NCBI RefSeq assembly: GCF_006345805.1
Contig: NC_043001.1
Location: 103,912,001 to 103,976,000 of the forward strand
From: Octopus sinensis
Taxonomy: Eukaryota
Length of the DNA: 64,000 bases
Reading direction: 5' to 3'
Shown: piece by piece, positions 50,880 to 64,000 of the stretch
Numbering within the stretch: position 1 is the stretch's first letter
Layout: every line of letters begins with the position of its first letter
Translations under genes and position numbers: made by a program
Notes under the pieces: model-generated
Databases searched by the model: none
What the model saw: only the letters and a program-made list of their open reading frames with translations
What the model was told of the DNA's origin: nothing

Positions 50880-51325
50880 GGCGCAGGAGTGGTGTGTGGT
50901 ATGTACCTTGCTTACGAAACACAGGATTCCGTGTTCCGACCCATTGCGTAACACCTTGTGAATGGATTTGGGAGACGGGAACTGAAAGAAGCCTGTCGTA
51001 TACATATATGTGTGTGTGTGTGTGCGCGCTCGTGTCTGTGTATGTGTGTGTGTGTGTGAGTGTGTGTGTGTGTGTGTGGTGTGTGTGTGTGTGTGTGTGT
51101 GTCTGTGTCTGTGTGTCTGTGTGTCAGTGCTTGTCCCCCAACATCGCTTGACGACCGATGCTGGTGTGTTTATGTCCACCGTAACATAGCGGTTCGGTAA
51201 AAAAGATCGATAGAAAAATTACTAGGTTTACAAAGAATAAGTCCTGGGGTCGATTTGTTCGACTAAAGTCGGTGCTCCAGCATGGCCGCAGTCAAATGAC
51301 TAAAATGAATAAAAGAATAAAAGAA
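50880..51325 (+). mobile_element. SINE family A
   Basis: GGCGCAGGAGTGG head, expanded (TG)n at about 50999-51123, tail AATAAAAGAATAAAAG. Confidence 0.85.
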
Positions 51326-52168
51326 TTCTTTCCAAGACCGTGAGTATATGTCGCCAGAAATCGTATTGCTGATCACTTATTTTATCCATCTTGACACCTT
51401 TGGCGATTTGAACACAGAATGTAACCAAATGCCACTTGGAAATTCTCGCCTGTCAATTATTTTTCTCTCATTTTTTTTTTTAACCGCGCCACTGACCATC
51501 ACACATAGCAGTGATAGTAATGATTATTGCTTCAAATTTAGGCACAATGCCAGCAATTTTAAAGGAAAAGGCAAGTTAATAACGCCTACTCCATTGCGTG
51601 ATTGATAGTTTGTTTCATTGATTCGGGAATGATGAGAAATCGAGTTACCCTCGGATGGAGTTAAACTCAGAAAGTCGTGATCCGGAAAGAAAAAAATACC
51701 GCAAAGCATTTTACCCTACGCTGCAACGGTTTAGTTATTCAACCGTCCAAACAATGATGATATTCATGATAAAAATGCAGCGTAGAAGAGAATAAAGAAG
51801 GGGAAGAGGAAAGGAAGGAAACAATTACAAAAGGAAGCAATAAATATGTAAATAAATACATAAACGTCGATAAACAATCTGAACTGATTTATCATAAAGC
51901 AAATAAAGGAAATGGTCGACAATTAATGGAGACTAGCACAAGCGTATCTTTTGAAATTGTCTCCAAAAGATTATATCATCTTTGCAGAAAGGATGTAAAG
52001 AACAGATAATGTTAAAGCAGACAATTATGGAGAACAACAAAAAGAGACTTGAGATATCATACAAAAATATCCTGGCGGAGGATTAAAATATCACCGTCTG
52101 TTACAGAGGCGCCTTTAGAGGTATCCATTCTACTGGAAGTACTTGGGTCATATCAGAGCCCGCGGGGT

Positions 52169-52225
<57 letters not shown>

Positions 52226-52325
52226 TTAATCCAAACATGAAAACACAAAGAGGAAAAACAACAACGTGAGGACGTGGAACAAGTATAGTATTATTGGACG
52301 CTCAGGAAAGAAGGAAAGAAGGAGA

Positions 52326-52360
52326 GTTAAACGTTTCGAGCGGAGCTCTTTGTCAGAAAC
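52326..52360 (-). ncRNA. Degenerate minimal hammerhead-like motif
   Basis: GTTT-CTGACAA-A-GAGC-TCC-GCTC-GAA-ACGT-T-TAAC; the G8 position is A (consistent with CpG decay of CTGACGA). Confidence 0.5.
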
Positions 52361-52494
52361 ATAGGAATAGGAAAGATCCGAGGAAGGGAAGACGGAGGAA
52401 AAAAAATCGTCCGTGATACACACGCGGTCACATAGTGAATGCCTTTCTTTCCCTCTTTTGGGTTAGTGGTATCCTCGATGCCTGAACAGGCGGG

Positions 52495-52529
<35 letters not shown>

Positions 52530-52533
<4 letters not shown>

Positions 52534-52767
52534 GCCGGCAAATATTGATTTCAAATTTTGGTACAAGGCAAAAAGCCAGCAATTTCGGTGGAGTAGTTTA
52601 ATCGATTACATCGCCTCCCAGTACACAACTGGTACTTATTTAACGACCCCGAAAGGATAAAAGGCAACGTCAACCTCAGCAGAATTTGAACTTAGAACGT
52701 GAAGAGTGACGAAATGCCGCTAAGCTTTTTTCTTGGCGTGCTAACGATTCTGCCACCTCGCCGCCTT
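52530..52767 (-). mobile_element. SINE family B variant (same head and centre, different tail)
   Basis: Head GGCGGCGAGGTGGCAGAATCGTTAGCACG and central CCTTTTATCCTTTCGGGGTCGTTAAATAAGTACCAG; the 3' part differs from 7314-7545. Confidence 0.75.
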
Positions 52768-53530
52768 CATGACGATGATAATATCAACATGAGCAGTGAA
52801 CTTTTGTGGCCCTTACAATACTTCACGGCTTGAAGTTTACGCTTTTAGAATCCGAAAGCAGGAAATATCTCACAAGTGTCAACTTAACAAACAGATCAAA
52901 CGGAACGCTTAAACCATTGAAATGCAACTGCGAAGACTTATTATGTCACTTTTGGTGGTCCTATTAAGTTAGACATGGCCTGGACCAATCTTTGGTCGAA
53001 ACATATCTAAGTTTATCAAGTTTATGCGAGCGGCACAACAGATGTAATCAGCCTTCTTGTCTTTTTTTAATGGATGCAGTTGTAGGACTGCGGCCATACT
53101 GGAGCACTGCCCTAATTCACTTTCTACTATTTTTTTTTTGTTTTCTTTGTGAGTAGAAGTTGGTGCATGATTGAATTCGTAGCAGCTGATCGTCCCTGGG
53201 CGTATCCATGAATGGGCGGCAGAGCTATTTGCTCTGAGATAATTGTGAACAACTCTCCCGTTATTGAATACATAAATATATCAACACAAAGAATATCGAT
53301 GTAATATTCCCGCCAAATCTTTTAGATCTGATAAAATTATTTTTCGATGGAAAGAAAAAATATGTAAAGTCACAGAGGTTAGCTGCTCTTTGGTTGTGAA
53401 CAACTTGGAGAATCAGCAAACTGGAAACTAGACAACTACTGCAAAGGCATCATCTCTTCTATCTTGGTTATAGATTCACATTATCACCGGACCACGTGAT
53501 CGACCAGACTACAGGAGATTTTTTTATATA

Positions 53531-53741
53531 CAGTAATACCTCGACTACTGCAGGTGTTATGTTCCAAAACCCTGCGTGATTGGTGAAAAGCTGTGAGGGA
53601 GAAACAGATATTTTTTTCATTATTTTTATAATTTATGGATATTTATTTTATTATAAATGCAAAACGACACAACAGAGGAGTTGACGTAAGCTTAAATAAT
53701 AAACCGCGATAGGTGAAACGCGATATGGCGAGTGATTACTG
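53531..53741. mobile_element. Tigger/pogo-like MITE, 211 bp
   Basis: TA-CAGTAATACCTCGAC...GGCGAGTGATTACTG-TA; second copy at 25528-25717. Confidence 0.8.
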
Positions 53742-54238
53742 TATCGCTGGTCGCAATGCACTTTGCATCCTTTTTTAGCTTTCGAATGGTGTTACCCTGC
53801 TGGCTACGCGAGTATACCATCATCCCCCCTGATCTGAAAAGCAGTCCGTCACAGGGTAACCCATTTACAGCTAATTAAACTGGAACAAATGAAGTGCTTT
53901 GCTAAAGAACACGATACGCAGCCGATCTGGGAACCGAAACACCGATTGTGAGTAAAGCAAGCCTAACCATTAGGCGTCGCATCTTCACAATTATTGATAC
54001 ACTTGGTTATGTTAATAAATATCTACTCGACAAACTAGGGAAGAAAAAAAACTGGCTAAATGTACTTTACTGATATGATATATAAGTCGAACAATAAAAA
54101 TATGTAAAACTATCCTAATTATCAATATGTAACAATTATCGATCTTTTTGTCCCAAATCTAGCCATGGAGCTTTTGTCTCTTTGACTAGAAATAAGTTCC
54201 GTCTTTCTAGGAAGAATTATGATAAATAAAAATGAAGC

Positions 54239-54299
<61 letters not shown>

Positions 54300-54696
54300 C
54301 GTACCAATTTTCTACGCAAATATCAAATTGCTATTTCTGCCGACAATTATTGATAGACTCAGCTCAGTTAGAAAATATCTGAGAATTACTTCCGAAAAGC
54401 TGATGTTTTTAAAGAAGCTGGACAGTTAATTGTACTTAGCAACACATTAAGTAGGCGGAACAGTAGAATATGCAAGGCGTTTTTAAAATTCAGCATGTAG
54501 CAATTTATTGTTCTTGCCATCGCTTGGCCAGCGCCAGATTTTTCTATCTTCCTCACAACCGAGCTTCTTTTGTGAATTCATAGAATTTAACATAGAAAAA
54601 TAACAGATGCATGGCGCGAAGAGATGCATAGCTATCCTATGAACTTTTCGTGAGTACTGTCAGCTTTGTTATGTTCAATAACTCATCATTCTTACA

Positions 54697-55190
54697 GGCG
54701 CTGGCGTGGCTGTGAGGTAAAAGGCTTCCTTCTCAATCACAAGCTTCCGAGTTCAGTCCCACTGCATGGCACCTTGGTTGGGAAGTGTCTTCTATAATAA
54801 GCTCGGGCCGACCAAAGCCTTGTGTGTAGAATTGGTAGACGGATGCGGGAGGAAACACGTCGAATATGTGTGCGTGTGTGTGTGCGCGTGTGTGCGTGTG
54901 TGTGTGTGCTCGTGTGCGTGTGTGTGTGTGCGTGTGTGTGTGTGTGCGCGCGTGTGTGCGTGCATGTGCGTGCTTGTGTGTTTGTGTACACTTGTGTGCG
55001 TGAGTGTGTGTGTGCGTGTGTATGTGTGCGTGTGCGTGTGTGTGTGTGTGTGCGTGACCACCGCTTCACAAAAACCAATGTTGGTGTGTTTACTCTCCCG
55101 TAACGTAGCAGTTCGGCAAAGGTGACCGATAGAATAAGTACCAGGTGTTAAAAGATAAAATGAGCTGTGGGGTCGGTTCGTACGATAAAA
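54697..55190 (+). mobile_element. SINE family A with about 190-bp internal (TG/CG) expansion, 3' truncated
   Basis: GGCGCTGGCGTGGCTGTGAGG head, GAGTTCAGTCCC box, body colinear with 19659-20073. Confidence 0.8.
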
Positions 55191-56713
55191 ACTTCTTCAC
55201 TAGTATTGAGCGATCATGAAGAAAAGATCATTTCTTAAAGAGCATAATGATTGTCATTTCACATTTGAATTCGCTGCACAAAAGAATCAATGGCCACAGA
55301 AGTTTCAACAACATCGACGAAAGGCAAACAAAATCACAACAAAATCACAACTTGGTAGTTTTAAAAGGAAGTGAAATTATAACTTGAATCTTTCTTGGAA
55401 TTATTAAATCAAAATAAGTTACGTAAATGGTACAAAATAGTGAAAAAATATCCCAACTTCATCCTAAATTTATTATTTCTCAGTAAAACATTTGTGGTAA
55501 CAACAAACTTTTGAACGTAAGAGGAAAGGTGACGGAGTGTAATTTTATTCCCCAAACTAAAAACAGTTCACAGATAAAATTGTTCACAAACTCATACAAA
55601 TAGAACGCAAGTGCCTGAAGCAATTAAAACATCTTGTGCGATAAACACAATTCAGCCAGTGGCTGTTGTTATACCAGTTTGAAGTAAGGTTAGCCATAGT
55701 CGTCGCCTTGATAAGATCATGGCTGCCACTAGGGTTTAATGAGCGTCCAGAGTGAATAAAAGAAAACAATTCAGAGTTATTCTGCTTGAAAAATTCAAAA
55801 GGCGATTCGTTCTCTTCTAAAACTACAAGTGAAAGACTTTAAGTGGCATTTAAAAGAAACAGATCAAATTAATGCTGACGAGAATTAACGATATTCAGAG
55901 AAAGTTTGCATTAAAAATAAGAATAATTAATCAATATTTTAACAAATATCGCCCAATTTATATTTCTTTTCGGCAACTGATAAACAATCCCTTGAAAATG
56001 CTAAAAAAGTAAAAATTATAGACGAAAAGCATACACACAAATAAAACAGAATCATAGATTGCTAACACAGAAAAAACTGTTCGTTTATATACGGAAGACT
56101 ACCAAATATAAAACAAACAAAAAGTCATGCATCTTGCTCAGGCATATTCTAAGTTAAATTACAAGAAATGTTTGGCGGAAGCAAAGACATTTGAATTAAA
56201 GTTTATCGACCGCAAAGAAAAACAAAAACAGAGGGAAGAATCATAAGAATAATTAACCGCAAATTTAGCAATATTTAAGCAGCATCCAACAGACAGAAGA
56301 TGCTGCCAATATTGATAATGGACAAAAATGTATCCTTTCGTGGAATTTGCCGCAAGAAATGCATTTCCAAGGAAAATTATACATGGAGGAAAAGAATATA
56401 ACCCTCGGAGTTCTGCAAGTAATACAAATGGTGATCTACGATGTGTTTGATGCGTCCGTACTCTTATAAGCATTTGGACTCTGCTTGGTTGGGTATGAAA
56501 CAATGATTTCGAATTTTGGCACAAGGCCAGCAAGTTCGGAGTGGAAGGTTCTAGTCGATAATGTTGGCCCCATTGCTCAACTGGTTCTTATTTTGTCAGG
56601 CAAAGTCGACTGCGGCAGAATTTGAACTCAGGATGCAAAGACAGACGCAATGCCGCATGGATCAATAGAAAAAGTACCTAACAACTCCTCACTACCAAAA
56701 ATTCTAAATTACA

Positions 56714-56943
56714 CTTTTACTCTTTCACTTGTTTCAGTCATTTGACTGCAGCCATGATGGAGCACCGCCTTTAGACGAGCAAATCGATCCCAGGACTTAT
56801 TCTTTGGAAGCCTATTATTAATTCTATCGGACTTTTTGCGCCGAACCACTGCGTTACGTGTACGTAAAAAAACCACCATCGGTTGTCAAGCCATGTTGGG
56901 GGGGGGTGAAAACACAGACACACTAACATATACACACATACAT

Positions 56944-57036
<93 letters not shown>

Positions 57037-57197
57037 CATATATACGATGGGTTTCTTTCAGTTCCGTCTACCAAATCCACTCACAAAGCTTTGGTCTGCC
57101 CGAGCTATAGTAAGAGACACTTGCTCGAGTGCCACGCAGTGGGAATGAACCCGGAACCATGTGGTTGGTATGCAAGCTACTTACCACATAGCCACTC
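56714..57197 (-). mobile_element. SINE family A
   Basis: Reverse complement of 19659-20073 with an internal (TA)n of about 120 bp. Confidence 0.85.
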
Positions 57198-58278
57198 TTA
57201 CATAAAATGTGAAGAAAAAAAAAGGTGTAGATTTAATACTGATCCAACAACTTTTAAACGATCCATCATATTCTTGCGACGCTTTCTGGTTCTAATCTGT
57301 ACATTTGAAGATGTGATGTTATTTTGTGGTAGTGATTAGACCAGCTATACGATATGTAGCAGATCAGACACAGTTACAAAGTTCGGGTCTTGTCTTCCAT
57401 ATTATTTATTATTGTGGAAGGATTCCTACGAACCCCAAGTAACTAAAAGTGGACAGACACATTGCTAGAAAATAAAGAACTGTGAGCAATCAATTGGTAA
57501 GCAGTTCACTGCGAGCCGTTGTCAAAGAGCGTTTAATTCTCGTGTAACAGTAATCGTATTGCGTTGTATGAATACTTTCTTTCCTTCTGCTTCGTTCAAT
57601 TATTTATCCAACACCAGGATATGATATTTATCTATAACACCATATTTTGATACCGTGAACACTGAGTTTCCCTGTAACAGGTGGCAGAAAGAAGAATCCT
57701 AGCTTGTAGGATTATGTCGTCTAATTATAGTAGGGGGTATTTGTGATGCCCTCTTGGGGAAGCGGTTAGCACGGCTATGCAGTTTATAGCAGTCACAACG
57801 GTCATGTCTGTAGGTGATGTCACAACGTTGTATCCATTTTCTCTCTCTTACTCTCTCTCTCTACCCCTCTCTCTCTCCCTCTCTCCCTCTCTTCCTCTCT
57901 CTCTCTCTTCTCATCTCCTCTCCTCTGTCTATCACTCTCTCTACAAATGCAGATACACACACATGCATACATACATACCGGTTTTCCTTACAAAAGAGAA
58001 ACAAATAGTGTAGCTAACCAGTCCGTTTTCACAATTGTGGTTAAATACTCCTTACAAAAGCAGCAAAAATCTAAACACGTGATCGGTTGTAATGAGGGAA
58101 GCTCTAAGAATTTAATCGCGGACGAATCATGTAATGGCTTGATATGCAGTAAAGTCAGTCAGACCACATGGTTCGTGGTTTAATGTATGTGGGAGCAACC
58201 AGTTTATCTGCTTTCCTCCATGGATACCACAACACGGTTCCCCTGAAAATCTATGTAAATTATGTGTGTATGTGTATG

Positions 58279-58342
<64 letters not shown>

Positions 58343-58981
58343 GTGTGTGTGTGTGTGTGTGTGTGTGAGTGTATGCATATATTTATAAATGTATGTATTG
58401 TATTGCATTAATTAATTGAATTTTAATTTTATTATTCGGTAACCAAAAATTATTCCATTGATTTTCAAAACCGCAGAGCTACTGGTTTTGCGCAGGTAGC
58501 GTCATATGAAGTCAGGGAAGCGTAACGCCATTCTCAATGAAATCAACATTCACCATGGAATAAAGCTAGGAGTCAGATTTAATCAACTAATGACTCCGAG
58601 GTTTAGCACGAGTCTTCTTATAATTGTTAAATATGGCCATAGTAAAATCGTGTGCCTAGACCCTTTCTTTGTATTCCATTGGGTTTAAATTTTAAGTTCC
58701 TGGTTCTTCGCGCAGCTAAATTGAAGTGAATGCTTACATTCTTGGATACAACGATACATAAGAGAGAACACGCAATGCAGAATAATGCTTTGAACTCATT
58801 TGATATCGTTTGATCGTTTGATATCCCCATCACAGTTTTACTGCTTGCCTCTCTCTCTCTCTCTCCCCTTTCCTCTACCTCATCACCATCTATTTCATCA
58901 AAACCATTTCCATCGCCATTATCAAATTTACTTTTTAACCATCATCATCATCATCGTCTGCAACCTCATTAATATCATTTT

Positions 58982-59286
58982 GTTTCTTCTTCTTCTTCTT
59001 CTTCTTCTTCTTCTTCTTCTTCTTCTTCTTCTTCTTCTTCTTCTTCTTCTTCTTCTTCTTCTTCTTTTCTTCTTCTTCTTCCTCTTCTTCTTCTTCTTCC
59101 TCCTCCTTCTTCTTCTTCTTCTTCTTTTCCTACTCTTTCTTCTCCTCCTCCTCCTTCTTCTCCTCCTCCTTTCCCTCCTCCTCTTCCTTCTCCTTAGTTT
59201 TCTCCTCTTTCTTCCCCTTCTTTTCTCTTCTCCTTTCTTTTGTTTCTCTTCTTCATTACCCTCATTTTCATTCTCGTCTTTCTCAC

Positions 59287-59320
<34 letters not shown>

Positions 59321-59360
59321 GTCGTCGTCGTCAGCACCATCATCATCACCGTCGTCGTCG

Positions 59361-59394
<34 letters not shown>

Positions 59395-59440
59395 TATCAT
59401 CATCATCATTACCATTTTCATCATCATCATCGTCATCGTC
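58982..59440. repeat. Compound (TCT)n/(TCC)n/(ATC)n/(GTC)n trinucleotide tract
   Basis: Read directly from the sequence; source of the 308-aa and 178-aa low-complexity ORFs. Confidence 0.9.
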
Positions 59441-59549
59441 ATTTCCTGCCTCATTACTGACCATGCCGATAAAGCAATGCAGAAATCTAACAAAAGAGAA
59501 GACTATACTTCCCCGACATGCTCATGCACACATATATACTAGCACATAC

Positions 59550-59586
59550 ACACACACACACACACCACACACACACACACACACAC

Positions 59587-59668
<82 letters not shown>

Positions 59669-59784
59669 TACTCACACGCATACCAACATATACATACATA
59701 CACTCATACGAACACAGAGAAAATGACTCAGACGAGAGTCTCACATATACACACACACAGACATTGGTAAATATACATACATAC

Positions 59785-59835
<51 letters not shown>

Positions 59836-59856
59836 CATGCATATATATATATATAT

Positions 59857-59891
<35 letters not shown>

Positions 59892-60140
59892 CTTATATAC
59901 ATACATACATGCATACATACATTTACATATATACATACATATATATATATTATATATATATATATACAATATGCATATATACTATATATATATGCACATA
60001 TATACATATACATACATACGTTTATATATGTATACATACATACATGCATATTTATATACATACAGACGTGGATATCTACATACATACGTATATATATATA
60101 TACATATATTCATACATACATACACACACACATACATACA

Positions 60141-60172
<32 letters not shown>

Positions 60173-60186
60173 CATACATATATACA

Positions 60187-60216
<30 letters not shown>
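59550..60216. repeat. Compound (CA)n/(TA)n/(TACA)n tract
   Basis: Read directly from the sequence; source of the 250-266-aa spurious ORFs. Confidence 0.9.
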
Positions 60217-60217
<1 letters not shown>

Positions 60218-60522
60218 GCATCCTCAGACACTACATCTCTCCTAGTCATTATAGACAGTTGTCAACGAGATCACGTTCGATTAAGTACAATAAAATTATT
60301 AATTGTGTCGATCGATGATGTGGGTTGGTGTATTGCTTGGTCAACTCGTTGGAGTCTGGCTTTCTCTCAGCAACCTGCTATTAATTCAGTGGCGAAACTG
60401 AACGAGACTCGCTATTGTTTCATAATGAACACATCATTTGATTATACAAGTGACGTGTGTGTGTGTGTGTGTATGTGTGTGTGTTTTTATGTGTGTATGA
60501 GTGTGTGTGTGTGTGTGTGTGT

Positions 60523-60567
<45 letters not shown>

Positions 60568-60688
60568 GAGATGCATGTCTATGAATTAATTTTCAAGACT
60601 GCTTAAATGTCTTTGAGTGGTTCTTCGCTTAATTCTCTTCTAAATTGCTACATAAAATATAGATAGATATAGATAGATAAACTTGCAT

Positions 60689-60750
<62 letters not shown>

Positions 60751-60752
60751 TA

Positions 60753-61827
60753 CTAGCTTAAGGTGACCCACTCTACGCGCAGGTAAGGGTGTGGTTGTTA
60801 CGTTCTGTTGTTTCCTTTCTGTTTTTTATCGCCACATTCTCCTTCTTTGTTTCTCTCTCCTTTCTCTCACTTTCCCACTCTCTTACTCTTCCTTTCTCTA
60901 GGTCTCTTTCGTTTTCTCTTACTCTCTGTCTTTCTCTATTTATCTTCCCCCCCCCCCATCTATAAAAAACAAAAGATCTTGAGTAAATTGAAAAAGAAAA
61001 ATACTTTGAAAGATCAATCATAGATATCAGGCAGTAACAACGGAAAGTACACTTGCCTTTTGTACGTGCCACTATTTGAGCGATTAAAAATAAGGAAAAA
61101 AAGGATTTCTTTTTTTAAATTTAGTACTTATTTTGGGAATTTTTCGACGATTGACCATGCAAATGAAAGCTCTAAACACGGGTTACATGCAGCTGTAAAT
61201 AACTTTCAGAAAAAATGAAAACTGTAAACGATAAAAAATAAAAGGCAAAAATATGTAAAAATGAGAAATTTTTTCGACTTCAAAAATCTTGCTGTAATTT
61301 TCAAAATTTTGAACCCATTTTCCGCGCTTCCACTTTACCACGTTGAAAATTTGATTGAAGGGGTCAAATCTAGACACCCAAGTGTCCCTAAAAATCAATA
61401 AAATCCCCGTTTTCACAGCAAAGCAACCACTGTAGCACGCCAAAACCTCTCCCAATCAATTCCTCACGACAAGTTAACCCCTCCTGTAAATTTTAATTCC
61501 CTTCGAGCGCCATTTAGAACCCTTGTTACATAAAAATCCAATTTGTATCAACGTTCGCTTTCTTCAGTTTATAGATTAGATTAGATGCCAATCGCGCCAA
61601 TCTGGAGGGGCTTAGAGCCCCCTTGAATCGATAAATAATCACTCTTCTCACCATAGCAACCGCATCTTTCCAGATGGTGAGTTTTAACCTACTCAACTCT
61701 CGGCCTCATCACGACTTCTAAACCTGTGTCAACTTTCAGCTCGATCCGACCACTGGTCTGGCCGCCAACCTCTGACGTAGCAAAATGTGCACACAATTTT
61801 GACCCAAAGCCTCTATTATATATAAGA
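60753..61827 (-). mobile_element. Putative non-autonomous Helitron, about 1.07 kb
   Basis: Minus-strand 3' end ...ACCTGCGCGTAGAGTGGGT-CACCTTAAG-CTAG/T abutting (TA)n, with a degenerate hairpin. Candidate 5' end TCTTATATATAATAGAGG overlaps the adjacent fold-back, so the boundary is uncertain. Confidence 0.45.
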
Positions 61828-62235
61828 GTGTATAAGTATTTATACGCAGAGAGGTGACTCTTGACAGAACGCCTTTCATGCTAGAAAGGAAAGCCAAACC
61901 TAATCCACGAATAAAAGTAATTCCAAAGAGAATGAAAGCAAAAATTATTTATAGTTAACCCCAAACTCAAGTTTCTGTATTAATGAACACATTGATTAAT
62001 TTGCCATCTGTACTTCGTCAGTGGGATCGCTAAGACAATGCATAATTAAGCAACTAATTAATTTATTTGTTCATTAATACAGAAACTCGAGTTTGGTGTT
62101 AACTATAAATAATTTTTGTTTACATTCTCTTTGGAATGACTTATTTTCGTGGTTTGGGTTTGGCTGCCCTTTCTAGCATGTAAGCGTTCTGTCATGAGTC
62201 ACCTCTCTGTGTATGAATATTTATAGACTCTTATA
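61821..62235. mobile_element. Fold-back element (about 175-bp arms) with a hammerhead-like motif at 61960-62025 (-)
   Basis: TATAAGAGTGTATAAG...GAGAGGTGACTC mirrored by GAGTCACCTCTC...GACTCTTATA. Minus strand CCCA / CTGACGA / AGTA...TACA / GAA / ACTTGAGT / T / TGGG; the right arm has the perfect palindrome ACTCGAGT. Confidence 0.8.
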
Positions 62236-62325
62236 TGTGAAAATATGTTGCCTATTGACATTTATTACGCATGAACACCACCGGTATGAAATTCAATCTA
62301 ATTTCTACCCTTGTAATTTTCACCG

Positions 62326-62360
<35 letters not shown>

Positions 62361-62391
62361 CAAAATAAGCAACAAGAATGACTCCGGTAAT

Positions 62392-62477
62392 CTGGTACGA
62401 TCGTTTCGTACTACATCATTTTATTAAATGCTGTAAGTATTACAACAGATTTAAAATGCCGAGTACTCATCAGCCAA
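62392..62477 (-). ncRNA. Type I hammerhead ribozyme motif, fully canonical
   Basis: TTGG / CTGATGA / GTACT...AGTAC / GAA / ACGATCGT / A / CCAG. G10.1-C11.1 pair, palindromic stem III, GUA cleavage triplet. Confidence 0.85.
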
Positions 62478-62963
62478 TTATAGAGGTTTTCTATTTATAC
62501 AAACATTTTCATATCAAGTGGCAACATTGAAACGTGGAGTAGATGAAACAAAGGCGACTGAAGAAGGGAAATTTCCTTGTTTTGTATGTCCTGTACTCTA
62601 TTTTATCGTTGTTTAAGAAAAATGTCCATTTCCTTGGTTTTGTGTTTAAGTTTTCGTTTCTCATTGTGTTCGACGTTTTTTTTTTTGGTTTTCCTGTACC
62701 CATATATGCATGTATATATACATGTAGAGGTAGGTACGTACATATACGTATGTATATATGCATATGTTTTATTTATTAATTAATTTATTATATGACGGAA
62801 CGCACGCATCCATTTCTAAGTAAGATTGTTCTTAATATATATATATATTATATATATATATTATATATATATGTACAATTTAAAAATAGGATAAAATCTT
62901 TATAAGAATTTATCAAGTAGTTAGCGTGAAAAACCTCATAAGAGAAACATCCATCAATTTTTC

Positions 62964-63141
62964 TCTTAAATATATTTATTTATATTGAGGGCGTTACTAT
63001 ATATAAATGCCACATGCTAGGAGGGACTCTTAAAGTCAAAACTACCAAAATAAATAAACATTATTTTGGTAGTTTTGACTTTAAGAGTACCTCCTAGTGT
63101 GTGGCATATAAGTATAGTAATGCCCTATATATAAATTAAGA
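62964..63141. repeat. Fold-back (about 70-85-bp arms, 7-nt loop)
   Basis: CTAGGAGGGACTCTTAAAGTCAAAACTACCAAAATAA-ATAAACA-TTATTTTGGTAGTTTTGACTTTAAGAGTACCTCCTAG, extending outwards imperfectly. Confidence 0.85.
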
Positions 63142-63859
63142 TTCAGTTGAATTAGGCACTTAAATTAAGGCCCCTTGCTGTGTCGGTATAATCCGCACAC
63201 CCAAACAATATTAATTTAATATTGAATATCAAGACTCCGTGCAGGGGTGTTTGTACCTGATATGTCTAAGAATTCTTTTCAATATACCAATATAATTTAT
63301 ATTATAATTCATAAAATAATTCTTATTTTATTTTGATTTATCCTTATTTATATCACTGTTATACCTTTTATATCATTCTGTGAAAAATAGTTTATAAAAT
63401 TTTAATATTTTATCTTATTAAATTTTCATGTAATTATATGTCTTTTCATAAAACATTATTATTATTCTAACGGTGAAGAAATACAATGTCAGAGATACAT
63501 ACATTTAAATGTAAAGTTACATATACATATGTACAAGTACACACAATCATATAAACGGGTATATACACACATATATACGTATATTCTTATAGTATACATG
63601 TATATACGCTTATCCATCTATACATATATGTCACTATTTTCAGAGACAATATTTAAATTCAAATACTTTTTTTTGTATTTTACTAGACATATATATATAC
63701 ACATATATCCACACGTACCCATACGTGCGTGCATATACACACTCATACACACACACTTAACTACACATGCATGTCAACATCTATGTATGGATTTCTACAT
63801 GTAAATGTATATGTAAATGTATGTATGTATGTATGTGCGTGTGTGTGTGTGTGTGTGTG

Positions 63860-64000
63860 TACAGGAGGGGGTACTGAAAAAAAAGACAATACTGGAGGAT
63901 CGGTTAATAATGATTTTATTCAACATATTCCACTCTCAGACTTACACACTCATTGCAGTGGTCCTTCAGTTTTTCTAAGCCCTATGAAAGAAGTCGGAAA
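63860..64000 (-). mobile_element. Mariner relic, transposase C-terminus (runs off window end)
   Basis: Minus strand GLEKLKDHCNECVSLRVEYVE*; degenerate TIR-like start TACAGGAGGGGGTACTGAAAA. Confidence 0.65.

Noticed and set aside
58800-60589. Longest ORFs in the track (308, 266, 250 and 178 aa)
   Set aside because: They are translations of (TCT)n, (ATC)n, (TA)n and (TACA)n repeats with no domain-like sequence. The same applies to the many VCVC, HTHT and YIYI ORFs elsewhere.

Overview
AT-rich eukaryotic non-coding DNA, very dense in microsatellites and transposable-element relics. The repeat families look like those of Octopus (inference from remembered SINE and mariner families; no database search was run). 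I see no host protein-coding exon, rRNA or true tRNA gene. Most ORFs in the supplied track are translations of (CA)n, (TA)n, (AAT)n or (GAA)n repeats. Recognisable coding relics are: a near-complete irritans-type DD34D mariner (38187-39451), three further mariner fragments, a Tc1/mariner deletion derivative, a Merlin-like transposase, R4/Dong-type RLE LINEs in (AAT)n tracts, RTE and HERO LINE pieces, and two Penelope-like (PLE) GIY-YIG endonuclease fragments. At least four tRNA-derived SINE families, non-autonomous Helitrons, a hAT MITE and Tigger-like MITEs are also present. The strongest unannotated signal is about ten type I hammerhead-ribozyme (HHR) motifs, most with palindromic stem III. 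Four have an intact catalytic core (30872-30972, 33252-33331, 45407-45486, 62392-62477), and several sit inside long fold-back elements, one of which encloses a PLE endonuclease fragment. All folds and alignments were done by eye; coordinates of degraded relics are approximate.
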